From an uncultured Atopobium sp. (GTDB lineage Bacteria; Actinomycetota; Coriobacteriia; Coriobacteriales; Atopobiaceae), in the NCBI GenBank assembly GCA_902373375.1, contig CABKMA010000001.1:862-64861 (forward strand): a DNA stretch of 64,000 nucleotides. Direction: 5' to 3'. Each line of letters starts with the position of its first letter. The first letter of the stretch is position 1. The position numbers were made by a program, and so were the translations under genes. The notes below the pieces were generated by a model. The model saw nothing but the letters and a program-made list of their open reading frames with translations, had not been told where the DNA came from and searched no databases. This document shows positions 17,220 through 27,036 of the stretch, piece by piece.

Positions 17220-19525
17220 CGTTTCGCCTCCTTTGCGTATGGCCAGGAGACTGAGCCTACAATACGACCACCACCGTAATTGGCGAACCATAAAGCATCC
17301 ATGCTTGATGATTGCGAAGTTATCCAACCAGATGCACTACTGCCAGAAGGATATGACAAAGCAGGGAAATATAAATCTTCTTCTAATGGTCTGTACTTTC
17401 TATCTGGTACTTTAGGAACATACCAGCCATTAGATGAAACACCGTGGATGTCGAACCATAGATAGCTCACGCCGTTATACGCTCTAAAGAAGCACCAGTC
17501 TTCATAATTTGAGCCTTTGTCGTAATAAAGCGTTTGTTTCCCTGTGTCTTCGGCCGTACCACCGCCGCCGTTATTCAATATATCGATAAACTTATCAATG
17601 CTTATCGTTGTAGATTTCTCTGACTTTGACTTGACATATTTACTAACGGTCAACTCTGAGCCGTGAAATGCCAGGCTTAAACCATCTGTTTTTAAGGTTG
17701 TATTAAATTCAATAACCGGGGCGCTTATGGATGAAGCCGCATTTCCTTGTAGCTCAATTTCTTTGGCAGATAGAACGGCGCGAGTAAAGTTATCTTGATC
17801 AGATTTATCCGCCATAGCTCTAATATTTAGAGCACCGTCAATCATATTGATGTTTGTATCTTTTCCCCCCTTGCCAAGCTTAATAAGATTTTTTCCAACG
17901 AACGATAACTCCTTGCCATTGTCAACGATATGCATACCTTGAGCATCAATTGTGGTATGCATGCCCGCTTTATCACCAACATGTGCGCCGTCTGCATCGT
18001 ATGAGAATGTGTTGGTCAAATTCGCAACCGTGCTCTTGGCTTCACTAGCGTCGCTTTGCGCCTTTGTGGCCATAGTTTTCGCCTCCTTTGCTGTCGTATT
18101 AGCCTCCTTAGCGTCTGTGGCTACATGACTCACTTCCTCCGCTGCCTTCTCCGCTTTAGCCGCAACAGTATCGACCTTCTCCGCAGCCTGTGTTGCTGTG
18201 GTTGCTACGTCGGCAATCTTCTCTGTGGCTGCGTCCGCCTTCTTCTCAACCGCTGCTGCCTTTTCCTCGACTGCTTGGACCTTAACCGTGGTCTTGTGGG
18301 TGTCTTCTACGGTCTTGCGTGTGGTCGATGCGAGGGCGGTCAGACGCTTGTCTGTGGCTTCTTGCGTGCGTTCCTGGGACGTTGTTCCACTCTTGGTCAG
18401 CGTGCCTTCGATTGCGCCGAAGCTGTACTTTGTGGCCTTTGGGTCCACGAGGTTAATTGTTCGACCAACACAGAGCATCATGCGATCAATGCCGTGTGGC
18501 TCGCTTGTAACCTGGACGCGCTGTAAGTAATCAATCTGTTGGACGGACGGGTCCGCGTAGTGCAAGTCCGTAGCGCTTACCGTAATGGAATCGGAAAGCT
18601 TGCCCGCGGCGAGGTCAACCACTGCTTTGTCCGCGAGTGCTTGTGGCTGGTTCAGATGGTCATACTCCATCAGCTTTTCGATGACGCCGTAACGCTCAGC
18701 CATAGCAGTATCAACAACCGCGTCGCCAACAATGTCGTAGCCACCACCAACGTAAGCGTGTTCATCGTCGATGGTTACGTCCTTCTCGTCTTCGCCTTCG
18801 CCGGTCTTTCCTACAGGCACGATGGCCGTGTAGATGTCTTTACCATCCGCGCCGGTGTTCAAGCTAAGAAGGTTCTGACCAAGCTCTACAGACTGAGCGG
18901 CCTCGCTTGAACCGTCCGCATTCAGCCAGTCGAGGTAGTTATCCTCGCCCACATAGCGAACACGGAAATACCCACCACAGAGCTTCGTGAGCTTCTCGCG
19001 CATCTCCTTCAATGTGGTCGGACGTGTGCCGGTACCACGCTGAAGCGCGCCGAAGTTAATGCCGGCGTTAATGCCTACCTTGAACTTCTCGCATCGGTTA
19101 GACACGCGCGAGTTATGTTGCTCGATGAACCACTCGAACAGCTCGCCAGCTTTAGCGGGGGCGTTAATCTCGCAGTCAATCTCGTCAGTGTCATATGTCT
19201 TATATGGACGAACCGTGGTGTCGTTGAGGTACGCCATAGTGCCCTCGCAGATGACATCAATAGATCCGTTCATGGACATCGACACTTTACGGATTCGACC
19301 ACGGAAGAGAATCTTCTGTGTCTCATATTCCGTGAGCTCAATCTCGCGCTCGGTGTTCATAACCGATTCACGGTTGAACGCGCGCCAGAGCGGGTGTGTT
19401 GGCTGCACGGTAAAAGAAAGAGTCGGAGATTGCTCCGACTCTTCTACAAGCTTACCGGCTGAAATCTGCACGCCTTCCTCACGCGGATCATGAATGACGT
19501 TTCCCGCATAAGTCAGCACATACAT
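17216..19525 (-). CDS. Tail tip (Tal/prophage endopeptidase-like) protein with coiled coil and C-terminal putative receptor-binding region
   Basis: N-terminal FRGRI...CEG...YLND, ELGQNL, YTAIVPVG; Ala/Thr/Lys-rich heptads; position in tail module. Confidence 0.8.
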   Translation of the reverse strand: MYVLTYAGNVIHDPREEGVQISAGKLVEESEQSPTLSFTVQPTHPLWRAFNRESVMNTEREIELTEYETQKILFRGRIRKVSMSMNGSIDVICEGTMAYLNDTTVRPYKTYDTDEIDCEINAPAKAGELFEWFIEQHNSRVSNRCEKFKVGINAGINFGALQRGTGTRPTTLKEMREKLTKLCGGYFRVRYVGEDNYLDWLNADGSSEAAQSVELGQNLLSLNTGADGKDIYTAIVPVGKTGEGEDEKDVTIDDEHAYVGGGYDIVGDAVVDTAMAERYGVIEKLMEYDHLNQPQALADKAVVDLAAGKLSDSITVSATDLHYADPSVQQIDYLQRVQVTSEPHGIDRMMLCVGRTINLVDPKATKYSFGAIEGTLTKSGTTSQERTQEATDKRLTALASTTRKTVEDTHKTTVKVQAVEEKAAAVEKKADAATEKIADVATTATQAAEKVDTVAAKAEKAAEEVSHVATDAKEANTTAKEAKTMATKAQSDASEAKSTVANLTNTFSYDADGAHVGDKAGMHTTIDAQGMHIVDNGKELSFVGKNLIKLGKGGKDTNINMIDGALNIRAMADKSDQDNFTRAVLSAKEIELQGNAASSISAPVIEFNTTLKTDGLSLAFHGSELTVSKYVKSKSEKSTTISIDKFIDILNNGGGGTAEDTGKQTLYYDKGSNYEDWCFFRAYNGVSYLWFDIHGVSSNGWYVPKVPDRKYRPLEEDLYFPALSYPSGSSASGWITSQSSSMDALWFANYGGGRIVGSVSWPYAKEAKR

Positions 19526-19987
19526 TTATGCCACCCTCTCCCACATATACACGGCGCGATATGGCGGCATATTGTTGTGTGGCTGACCGCCGCCGACTGG
19601 GTCAACCTTAAAGCGGTAGTTTGTAACATCACCGCTGGAGTATGCCGTCCACTGGTTACCGCTGCCCCAGGTATGGCCGTAAAGCATCGAAGTGTCATGA
19701 CTGTGGTTTGGCATCTCGTTAACAGTCAATGTATGAGTATCCTCGCCGCCCGTAGAGCCTGCGGGGAACTTCTGCGACTGTCCTAACAGGAATACACCAT
19801 TTAGTTGCTGCCATGTGCCACCCAGAAACGTAGAGGGATCTGTTGGTTTAGTTAGCTGAATAATAATTCCCACTGGATACATAGCGTCCAGGAGGTCGAA
19901 GTTCTTGGCGAGGTCCTTAATAGTCTGAACAGTCTCGTCTGTGACGTCAGGCTTCGTGAGACCCAGCCTTGGAGTCTTTGTGCTCAT
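19526..19987 (-). CDS. Baseplate/short tail-fibre protein
   Basis: YPVG....T...P...GGTW, GGEDTHTLT..EMP.HSH, GGGQPHNNMPPY..VYMWER motifs. Confidence 0.75.
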   Translation of the reverse strand: MSTKTPRLGLTKPDVTDETVQTIKDLAKNFDLLDAMYPVGIIIQLTKPTDPSTFLGGTWQQLNGVFLLGQSQKFPAGSTGGEDTHTLTVNEMPNHSHDTSMLYGHTWGSGNQWTAYSSGDVTNYRFKVDPVGGGQPHNNMPPYRAVYMWERVA

Positions 19988-20856
19988 TAAATGTCCTTCC
20001 ACTCGAAGTCGAGCGTAACTGTTGTGTTGTTGTGCGTCTCTGCGTCATCAACGTACGCATGTTCGCGCCACGTTCCGCGCATATCCTGCCACTTCTTGCC
20101 GGCAAGGCTGGACCACTTCAGACCCTTGAGCCTGTTCTTTCCAGCGCGGCCGACGTATGCCAGGCTTGTGCCGTCGAGCTGCTCCCATGTGAGCCCCGCA
20201 TAATCGCTCCAGATTGCCGTTCCGTAGTCTGGAGTGGTGTTTACGGTTACGCGGTTTTTTCCGTTGTGCAGCTCCAGGTCGCGGTTTATCCACACACCCG
20301 GCTGAAGGTCAACGGTTCGCCCGTTGATGTTAACCAGGGCGCGCGTTTGGCATGTGATGGCAGGAACCACTGCATGAGCAGGACCGTCGATGATGTAAGT
20401 CTTGCCAAGTTCACCGTCAAGCTCGTAGTGCATAACACCGCGCGACTTGTACGGATCTGCAGTAATTGTTAGCTTGATGGCCGCCGTCTCGTCGTAGAGC
20501 GTCTGGGAGGTGACCTCGAAGCGTCCCGTGTACGTATAACCCTCGTCCCAAGACAGGGTGAACTCTAGGCGCCTACCGTGAAGCATGTTACGCAGGGCGG
20601 TTAGTGTTGTTTCAACGCTTGCCCAGTCGTGCGTGTCGAGCGGTGAGAGCGTGATGGCGATTGTTCGCTTGTCGAACACCGGAGCACCTGTCAGCCACTC
20701 AGACAAGTCCAGCACGCCATCGCGCCCAGGGATAGACACCGTAGACGTTCTGGTGGCTGGCGGCTTGTCTGTGTAGTTCGTGACCGCTAGGCGGTAGGTA
20801 GCGCAGAGAGGCACTCCATCAACCACAACCTCGTACGTGTCTGTTAGTTCCGTCAT
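19987..20856 (-). CDS. Distal tail protein (Dit-like)
   Basis: Follows tape measure; IPGRDG.LD, ADPYK, L.NGKN motifs. Confidence 0.75.
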   Translation of the reverse strand: MTELTDTYEVVVDGVPLCATYRLAVTNYTDKPPATRTSTVSIPGRDGVLDLSEWLTGAPVFDKRTIAITLSPLDTHDWASVETTLTALRNMLHGRRLEFTLSWDEGYTYTGRFEVTSQTLYDETAAIKLTITADPYKSRGVMHYELDGELGKTYIIDGPAHAVVPAITCQTRALVNINGRTVDLQPGVWINRDLELHNGKNRVTVNTTPDYGTAIWSDYAGLTWEQLDGTSLAYVGRAGKNRLKGLKWSSLAGKKWQDMRGTWREHAYVDDAETHNNTTVTLDFEWKDI

Positions 20857-23297
20857 CTGTTTGCCACCACCTTAAATTCACCAAGATTCGAGTCTACATA
20901 GGGCGAGACGATTGAACCGACCGTCTGGCCATCCATTACAACGCGCATATTGCGCACATCTTCACGCAGTCCAGCAATCTCGCTAATCAGCTCATCGTCA
21001 CTCTTAGAGTTGTTCACAGCGTCGCTGATGTAGCCTGTGAGTATGCTAACTGGCGCAACCGCTTCTGGACCCGCTTCTCCGCCAGCCATGGCTTTGTTAC
21101 CATTCATTCCGAAAATAGTCGGATTCATCAAAACACCACCATTGGCGTACCACTCAATGCCAATGTGTGGGATTGATGGAGGATTAAGCGAGAAACTTCC
21201 TGATATAGAGAAGTGCGGAAGCTTAATTTTAGGAAGCTCAAGATGTAGTCCACGGAAGAAACCACTAATGGCGTTTAGGCCATTAGATACCGTGTTCTTG
21301 GCGTCGCCCATGATGTTGCCAATAGTGTCTGCTATGCCATGGAAGGTATTGCCGACAATGGTCGAGATACCGTTAAATACACTGGAGAAGATGCCCGAGA
21401 TTCCGTTAACGATTGCGGATAAAGCAGACGAGAGACCGTTAGCAATGCTCGTGACGGTTGTACTCATGCCCTGGAACACTGTCTGCGCGCCATTTGCAGC
21501 CATCTGCCAGTTACCTGTAAAGATACCAACAAACACGCCGATAACCGTCTGAATCACGCCGACCGTGGTCTGAATGGTGCCGGAAATAGTACCCATGACC
21601 ACCTGGACGATTGCACCTGCAACCTGGAAAGCTGTACCAAATACCGTCGAGACAATCGTTGCAACTGTTTGTAGGTAAACACCCAGGTTCTGTAAGTACA
21701 CATCAATCAGTGGCTGGATAGCTGCAGCAAACTGGGAAATGGCGTCTCTTGCCTGTTCAATGAATGGCGATAGAGTCTCAAAAGCTCCGCCGACAGCTTC
21801 GCCGAATCCGCTGAACGCTTCAACGATAAGACCCGCGCCTGTGCTTAGTCCGTCAAGTGCAGGCTGTAGGATACTCATAACGAAGTCGGCCACCGGCTGC
21901 ATAGACTGAAGCCACGCGTCAAATCCTCCGCCAGTGGATAGGTTGGTGATTGCGTCCGCCAGTAGCTTGATTAGATCCGCTGCGCCATTGATGACGGCCG
22001 CGAACGCTCCACCCAACACATCAACGATTGAGTTTAGTACCGGAACGATGGCGTCTATTGCAGCACCGAAGATTGGCCCTAGCGCGTTGCCAAGCTCACC
22101 AAGTGCGCCCATAAGATTGCCAAGCGCTTCTTGTAGTGGTGGAGACACCGCAACTAATCCTGCAAATGCGGCGATGGCAATTCCAACGGGGCCGCCTAGT
22201 GCGCTAAGCAAGCCGGACAAGGGGCCAAGCAAAGCACTAAGCACCGGGATGTTGGCGATAACCGGAGCAAGGCCACTGAGAGCCATAGCACCAAACGCCG
22301 CCGCGATAGGCGCCACGAACGTCGGAATGTTTCCGAGTTGCTTGCCCATGGCGTCGATAGCCGGTGCCGCTTGCTTGAACGCATCAACCAACACTTGAAT
22401 GGCTTGTGTGAAGATTGGAGCGGTCAGACGCGACAGAGCGGCTCGAACGTTAGCGAATGAGCCAGCCAGTGTGTTACCAGACGACAGAGCCGCTTCGCCT
22501 AGACCGATGCGCATGGCTTCCGAGAATGTATGGAAGTCAATCTGACCCTTGGAGACCATCTCGGAGACTTCTGCAGAAGTCTTGCCAAGGTATGTTCCAA
22601 GGAGTTGAAGCACCGGCACGCCAGAGCTTGAAAGCTGCAGCATGTCGTCGCCCATCAGCTTGCCACGCGATGCGACAGACGAAAAGATGACGCCGATATC
22701 GTTGAACGCTCGACCAGATGCCGCCGCGACATTCGCGACGGACTTCAGCGTGTTGGTCATATCCTCGCCGGACTTAATGCCAGCTGCAGAAAGCGTTGCT
22801 GCGGCTGTTGCTGCATCGCCTAGGCCAAACGCGGTGCCACGGACTGATTGAGTGGCCGAGTCCATGATGGACTCAATGTCCTGGGCGTCATGGCCAAAGC
22901 CAGCGAGCTTCTTTCGTGCGTTGTCGATATTCAGCGCACGGTCGATACCGCCCTGGATGGCCATACCAGCAACCGCAGCAATTCCCGCCTGGCCTACGCC
23001 AATAAGCGAACTCGTGATTTGCTGTGTGTTGGTACGCACGGCGTTCCATGCGTTGGTCAGTCCGTTTCTCGCGCTTGTCGCGATGCCGCTGAAGATATTT
23101 TGAGCCCGCGACCTAAGCTCTGCAAACGATGACTGCACGCTGCCAGACGCGTCGCCCACGCTGTGATCCATAGAGCGCGATACTTCCTGCGCCTTGTTCT
23201 GGATCTGACTGAGTGAAGACTGCGCCTTGTTTACGCCATCAATGAAGCCGTCGGCATTAACGGTTAATTTCGCGGAGAGTGTATAGTCACTTGCCAT
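20853..23297 (-). CDS. Tape measure protein
   Basis: 814 aa Ala/Gly-rich, tape-measure domain (SVRGTAFGLGDAATAA), C-terminal WYANGG...GEAGPEAV. Confidence 0.9.
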   Translation of the reverse strand: MASDYTLSAKLTVNADGFIDGVNKAQSSLSQIQNKAQEVSRSMDHSVGDASGSVQSSFAELRSRAQNIFSGIATSARNGLTNAWNAVRTNTQQITSSLIGVGQAGIAAVAGMAIQGGIDRALNIDNARKKLAGFGHDAQDIESIMDSATQSVRGTAFGLGDAATAAATLSAAGIKSGEDMTNTLKSVANVAAASGRAFNDIGVIFSSVASRGKLMGDDMLQLSSSGVPVLQLLGTYLGKTSAEVSEMVSKGQIDFHTFSEAMRIGLGEAALSSGNTLAGSFANVRAALSRLTAPIFTQAIQVLVDAFKQAAPAIDAMGKQLGNIPTFVAPIAAAFGAMALSGLAPVIANIPVLSALLGPLSGLLSALGGPVGIAIAAFAGLVAVSPPLQEALGNLMGALGELGNALGPIFGAAIDAIVPVLNSIVDVLGGAFAAVINGAADLIKLLADAITNLSTGGGFDAWLQSMQPVADFVMSILQPALDGLSTGAGLIVEAFSGFGEAVGGAFETLSPFIEQARDAISQFAAAIQPLIDVYLQNLGVYLQTVATIVSTVFGTAFQVAGAIVQVVMGTISGTIQTTVGVIQTVIGVFVGIFTGNWQMAANGAQTVFQGMSTTVTSIANGLSSALSAIVNGISGIFSSVFNGISTIVGNTFHGIADTIGNIMGDAKNTVSNGLNAISGFFRGLHLELPKIKLPHFSISGSFSLNPPSIPHIGIEWYANGGVLMNPTIFGMNGNKAMAGGEAGPEAVAPVSILTGYISDAVNNSKSDDELISEIAGLREDVRNMRVVMDGQTVGSIVSPYVDSNLGEFKVVANR

Positions 23298-23315
23298 ATA
23301 TACCTCCTCTCATGT

Positions 23316-23711
23316 TTATTTCTGTTGATTCGATAGAGCCTTCTCAAGCGCAGCCATTTTGTCGTGCGCTTCTTGTGCGCTCATGGTCTTTTTGTCCGGC
23401 TTGTTTGCTTCAACCCACAGAAGCTCAGGCTCTTCGCTCTTCTTCTTGTAACCATTGGTAAGCGCGTTAGCTATTGCTTCATTGAGAAGCATTTGGTCAG
23501 ACGCGACGCGGTCATGCTCAGCCACTTGAAGAAGGGCAATCTGAGCCGCTGTGAGTCTGTCAAACTCGTCCGGCGTCCATCCAAAACGAACAGCCGCCCA
23601 CGCCCATAATTTGTCGCGCTCGTAGCCCGTCAGAGGCTTCTGTGTCGCTTCTTGTGGTTGGTTGTTGGCTTGTTGTGTTGTTGTGGATGGCCTGACCCAG
23701 CGCGGACTCAA
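23316..23711 (-). CDS. Tail assembly chaperone, frameshifted C-terminal part (gpGT-like)
   Basis: In the -1 frame of the upstream ORF, reached via T TTT TTA at 23732-23726; FGWTPDEF..LT motif. Confidence 0.7.
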   Translation of the reverse strand: MSPRWVRPSTTTQQANNQPQEATQKPLTGYERDKLWAWAAVRFGWTPDEFDRLTAAQIALLQVAEHDRVASDQMLLNEAIANALTNGYKKKSEEPELLWVEANKPDKKTMSAQEAHDKMAALEKALSNQQK

Positions 23712-23716
23712 CAGAT

Positions 23717-24025
23717 CTACTGGAATAAAAAACCGCAGTCCTTCATGAGTGAGTCGCTTACGGCTTCAAGCGTCTGGGCGTAACCGTGCTCCTGCAGGTA
23801 CTTTCCAGCAAGCTCGATGGCCTGTGTTGGGTTAACCCATGCACTCTGACCACTCTCACGGATGCCGTACGCAAAGAGGGTCTTAGTCTCGCGCAGAGTT
23901 GGCTGAGCGGTGAATATGGAAATAATGCTCTTGTTACCCATCGCACTTTCAGCCATCTCAACACGCTTCTCCGCGTAGAGAAGTTCGTATGTAGTACCGT
24001 CAACCTCGAAGGTAAAATCTGCCAT
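23717..24025 (-). CDS. Tail assembly chaperone (gpG-like)
   Basis: Between major tail and tape measure; ends in a slippery heptamer. Confidence 0.75.
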   Translation of the reverse strand: MADFTFEVDGTTYELLYAEKRVEMAESAMGNKSIISIFTAQPTLRETKTLFAYGIRESGQSAWVNPTQAIELAGKYLQEHGYAQTLEAVSDSLMKDCGFLFQ

Positions 24026-24044
24026 TTCTTACTCCTTAACTAAT

Positions 24045-24070
24045 AAAAAAGGGGCAGCCGAAGCTACCCC
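24045..24070 (-). terminator. Terminator after major tail gene
   Basis: Minus strand GGGGTAGC-TTCG-GCTGCCCC followed by TTTTTT. Confidence 0.8.
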
Positions 24071-24091
24071 GTGAGTTGTGTTTGTGGACGC

Positions 24092-24613
24092 TTATCGTCC
24101 TGTTGGCTTGGTAATTGCTTTAGCCTTGGCGGCTGCGTCAATGTCGAACCACGTCCACTTGCCTGTACCTGTGAGAGACACAGACGCGGTGCGTACGTCG
24201 TCGGTTGGCGAGTCAGCCTCGTACTTGGTAACGATGACAGCGCCACCACCGATTGGCGTGAAATCTGTATTGTCCAGGAACTCCTTGACGCACAGAATAG
24301 TGCCGTCGGCAAGTGCCTGGCGGAACAATTTATCGCTCTCAGCGTCCTTGACAGCCACCGTATCAACGGAAACCTCGAAGGAACGGGTGGATGCGCGGTT
24401 AACCTTCCAAGCACCGCGAGAAGACTTTGTGGAGACGCTCGTAGTATCAGCGGAGAGCGATACCTTGTGAGACTTCTCGCCAGCGATTGCGAGAAGCTTA
24501 GAACCGTCCGCGCTGAATACGCCAAGCAAGACCTCTGCGCCGTTTACAGCGTTCACGCCACCGGCGGAAACGTCACAATATGCGCCACTATCGAATGCAG
24601 TTGGCTCTGGCAT
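24092..24613 (-). CDS. Major tail protein (TP901-1-like)
   Basis: AIAGEKS...VSTKSS.GAW...P.DDV.TASVSLTGTG. Confidence 0.8.
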   Translation of the reverse strand: MPEPTAFDSGAYCDVSAGGVNAVNGAEVLLGVFSADGSKLLAIAGEKSHKVSLSADTTSVSTKSSRGAWKVNRASTRSFEVSVDTVAVKDAESDKLFRQALADGTILCVKEFLDNTDFTPIGGGAVIVTKYEADSPTDDVRTASVSLTGTGKWTWFDIDAAAKAKAITKPTGR

Positions 24614-24627
24614 AGTAATGCCCCTTT

Positions 24628-25041
24628 CTACTTAATAATCAGACCATAGGAGACGACCACCTCGAACGGCACGACCGCGTGCCACTCGCCTGTCTCGTCT
24701 CTCTTAATTGTGTTTAGACCATTATCTGTTTGACGGATAACCTGGAACGGACAATTCAGACTAATTGGCTGGCTCATGGCTTCTTCTAGAGCCGTCACCA
24801 TCTTGAATATCTCCTCGCGCGTCTTAGACGGCTTAGAGATTGCGTGAAGCTCGATGGTGTAAACATCTAGCCACATTGTTTTTGTTTTGTCCGGACGAAC
24901 CGAAAGTGCGCCGACAGAATAAAGAGGAGAGGGTTCTTTATTCGCGTCGGTCACACATTTAACGCCCGTGCCTTCTTTGACACGTGCCACAACCGCCGCG
25001 ACAAAGTCGTCGAGCGGGAGTCGCCTTAGTGCTTGCCTCAT
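24628..25041 (-). CDS. Tail terminator/completion protein
   Basis: Position and size in the head-tail joining module. Confidence 0.6.
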   Translation of the reverse strand: MRQALRRLPLDDFVAAVVARVKEGTGVKCVTDANKEPSPLYSVGALSVRPDKTKTMWLDVYTIELHAISKPSKTREEIFKMVTALEEAMSQPISLNCPFQVIRQTDNGLNTIKRDETGEWHAVVPFEVVVSYGLIIK

Positions 25042-25430
25042 AAGCCCTTACTCCTTAGATACTCACCGCACCGCTTCTTCAGAACAGCGCGCGCCGCCTT
25101 GATTTCCGTAGCGAAGAAGTGCTGGCCTTCCACGAATGGCGCTTTGAGACGCTTCCCAAGCTTCGGAACGTACTGACCAACATTTTGCCTATGGCCATAC
25201 TCAACATGCGGAGCGTACTCGCCTGTATAGCCAATCTCTCCTTCGCCACCTTTGACGCTCTGGCGAATGGATCCAATCAACTCGCCTGTGTCTCTTGGTG
25301 TGGTTGCGCGTAGGTCTTCGGCTATCTCATTCACGGTGCGCTTCATAACAACTTCAGGCTTAATGTTTGCAAGCTCTTTCAGTGCGTCGCCAAGTCCGCC
25401 ATCGTCAAACTCCAGGCGAACACTAGGCAT
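25038..25430 (-). CDS. HK97 gp10-like neck protein
   Basis: TPRDTGEL..SI, YAPHVEYGHR, FVEGQHF. Confidence 0.8.
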   Translation of the reverse strand: MPSVRLEFDDGGLGDALKELANIKPEVVMKRTVNEIAEDLRATTPRDTGELIGSIRQSVKGGEGEIGYTGEYAPHVEYGHRQNVGQYVPKLGKRLKAPFVEGQHFFATEIKAARAVLKKRCGEYLRSKGL

Positions 25431-25755
25431 ACGCATCACCCTTTAGCTTCTTCAGTGACAGAACACGACGACGTCCGAAGTCACTCACATGGATAACCTC
25501 GAAGACGTCGCCAGCGTCAATCACGGGAAAGCGAACAAGAGACGCGCGAAGGGCAAGCTCGGCGGGAACTGTCGTGATAAGCGTCAAATCACACGCCACG
25601 TAGTCGTTGCCTTCGTTTTGCGTCTCAACAAGGGACGCAGGGCATACCCTCGCCCGGGTGGTTGTAAGCACCCGGCGCGAGAGCACGCGGTTTCCTAGTT
25701 TGTCGCGCGCGTCGGTGTCCGCGAGTTCAATCAACTCGCACATCCGCCACTTCAT
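25423..25755 (-). CDS. Head-tail adaptor/closure protein
   Basis: D.LGN motif and position after the connector. Confidence 0.55.
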   Translation of the reverse strand: MKWRMCELIELADTDARDKLGNRVLSRRVLTTTRARVCPASLVETQNEGNDYVACDLTLITTVPAELALRASLVRFPVIDAGDVFEVIHVSDFGRRRVLSLKKLKGDAYA

Positions 25756-26105
25756 ACGAATCTCACCTTTGGGAACCGCAGAGCGGAGGTAGTATCCGCC
25801 CTAGCAATCTCGGCCAAAGCGGAAAGCTCCGCGGCGTATTCCGCGAGCAAATCATCCACAAACTGAAGGGACAAGGTTCCGCCCTGTCCCTCCGCCTCCT
25901 GCGTGATACCTTCGTCGAATCGACGGTTCACCGCCTTGATGGTCGCATCGACCATAAGAGACTCGGCTGTGGTGGGTAGTGTGGATACACCAATGCGCAA
26001 ACAGATGCGGTCTGTGAGCGTATGCGTGACCTCTTCCAGCCACTTATCGCTCGGCTTATCCTCGACCGCTTCGAGTCGCGTCTTGACACGATCTAATACG
26101 CTCAT
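25752..26105 (-). CDS. Head-tail connector protein (gp6/gp15-like)
   Basis: LDRVKTRL...NRRFDEGIT.E.EG; follows capsid. Confidence 0.7.
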   Translation of the reverse strand: MSVLDRVKTRLEAVEDKPSDKWLEEVTHTLTDRICLRIGVSTLPTTAESLMVDATIKAVNRRFDEGITQEAEGQGGTLSLQFVDDLLAEYAAELSALAEIARADTTSALRFPKVRFV

Positions 26106-26128
26106 ACGCTCACCTCCTTACTCGTGGA

Positions 26129-27016
26129 TTAGACAGCCTTAATCTCAGCCTTAACAACGCCGTCAGTAATCTCTGGGAAGATCTTGACGCCAGACATAAC
26201 AAGCGTGTCGCAAGTTGCGGTATGGGTGTCGATGTTGTGAGTGATACCAACGAAGCCAGTAGCGTCGGAGGTTAGGCCGAAGGTGGAAGCAAGGTCGGAA
26301 CCGTTTGCTGGGATATATGCCAGGTTAAGGTTCATAGCTGCAGTACCAAAGAGAGAGCCGGCCTTAACCTTGGAAGAGGTGATTGCAGTACCCAGGCCAA
26401 GGAAGTCCTTGAGGTAAGTAATGCCCGCAGCATTCTGGGTGGATACAGTTGCGGTGCCGAGGTAATCAGCCACGTCAAGAGGATTGACGAAGAAGACGAA
26501 TGGGTTAGCTGCATCGGTGTCAAATCCATCGTAGCCCTCGAACTTAGCGGTGAGAGAAGCCCAGAGGTTGGCCATAGTTGCCTGGAGGGTTTTGCCATTC
26601 TTTGCTGCAGCTGTAGTGGTGGACACACTTGCAATCAGATCGCTACGAATGCCGTTCTGAATGGTGCCGATAAGCTGAGCGTCAGCTTCGTTGATTGCAC
26701 GGTCGCGGCCACGAAGCTGGATAGCCTCGGCGGAGGTTACGCGGCGATACTTGTTAAGCGGAAGCTCGATGGTCTGGTCAAGCTGGCGCTTGATGTTGGA
26801 CGCTGGAATGGTGTCACCCTCGGCAACAACGCCACTCTTAACGTCCTTTACGAACTTGTAGGTCTTAATGGTGCCGCCCTGTGGTACTGGGATAAGGTTG
26901 GTAATACCGAGAGCCTTCTGAAGCTCCTTGATGCCCTGAGTGAATCGATTGACGTAATCAATAGAAATCTCAGGAGCGATGTCGGTCTTTACAGTGAGTC
27001 CGGTTTCTGCTGGCAT
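26129..27016 (-). CDS. Major capsid protein
   Basis: GTIKTYK...VAEG.TIP, KYRRVTSAEAIQ, FVNPLDVADYLG; follows scaffold. Confidence 0.88.
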   Translation of the reverse strand: MPAETGLTVKTDIAPEISIDYVNRFTQGIKELQKALGITNLIPVPQGGTIKTYKFVKDVKSGVVAEGDTIPASNIKRQLDQTIELPLNKYRRVTSAEAIQLRGRDRAINEADAQLIGTIQNGIRSDLIASVSTTTAAAKNGKTLQATMANLWASLTAKFEGYDGFDTDAANPFVFFVNPLDVADYLGTATVSTQNAAGITYLKDFLGLGTAITSSKVKAGSLFGTAAMNLNLAYIPANGSDLASTFGLTSDATGFVGITHNIDTHTATCDTLVMSGVKIFPEITDGVVKAEIKAV

Positions 27017-27036
27017 AATAAGCCACCTTTCTTTAG

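Noticed and set aside
17216..20002. Diversity-generating retroelement or shufflon acting on tail genes
   Set aside because: No reverse transcriptase or invertase ORF, and I saw no template/variable repeat pair or inverted cassettes
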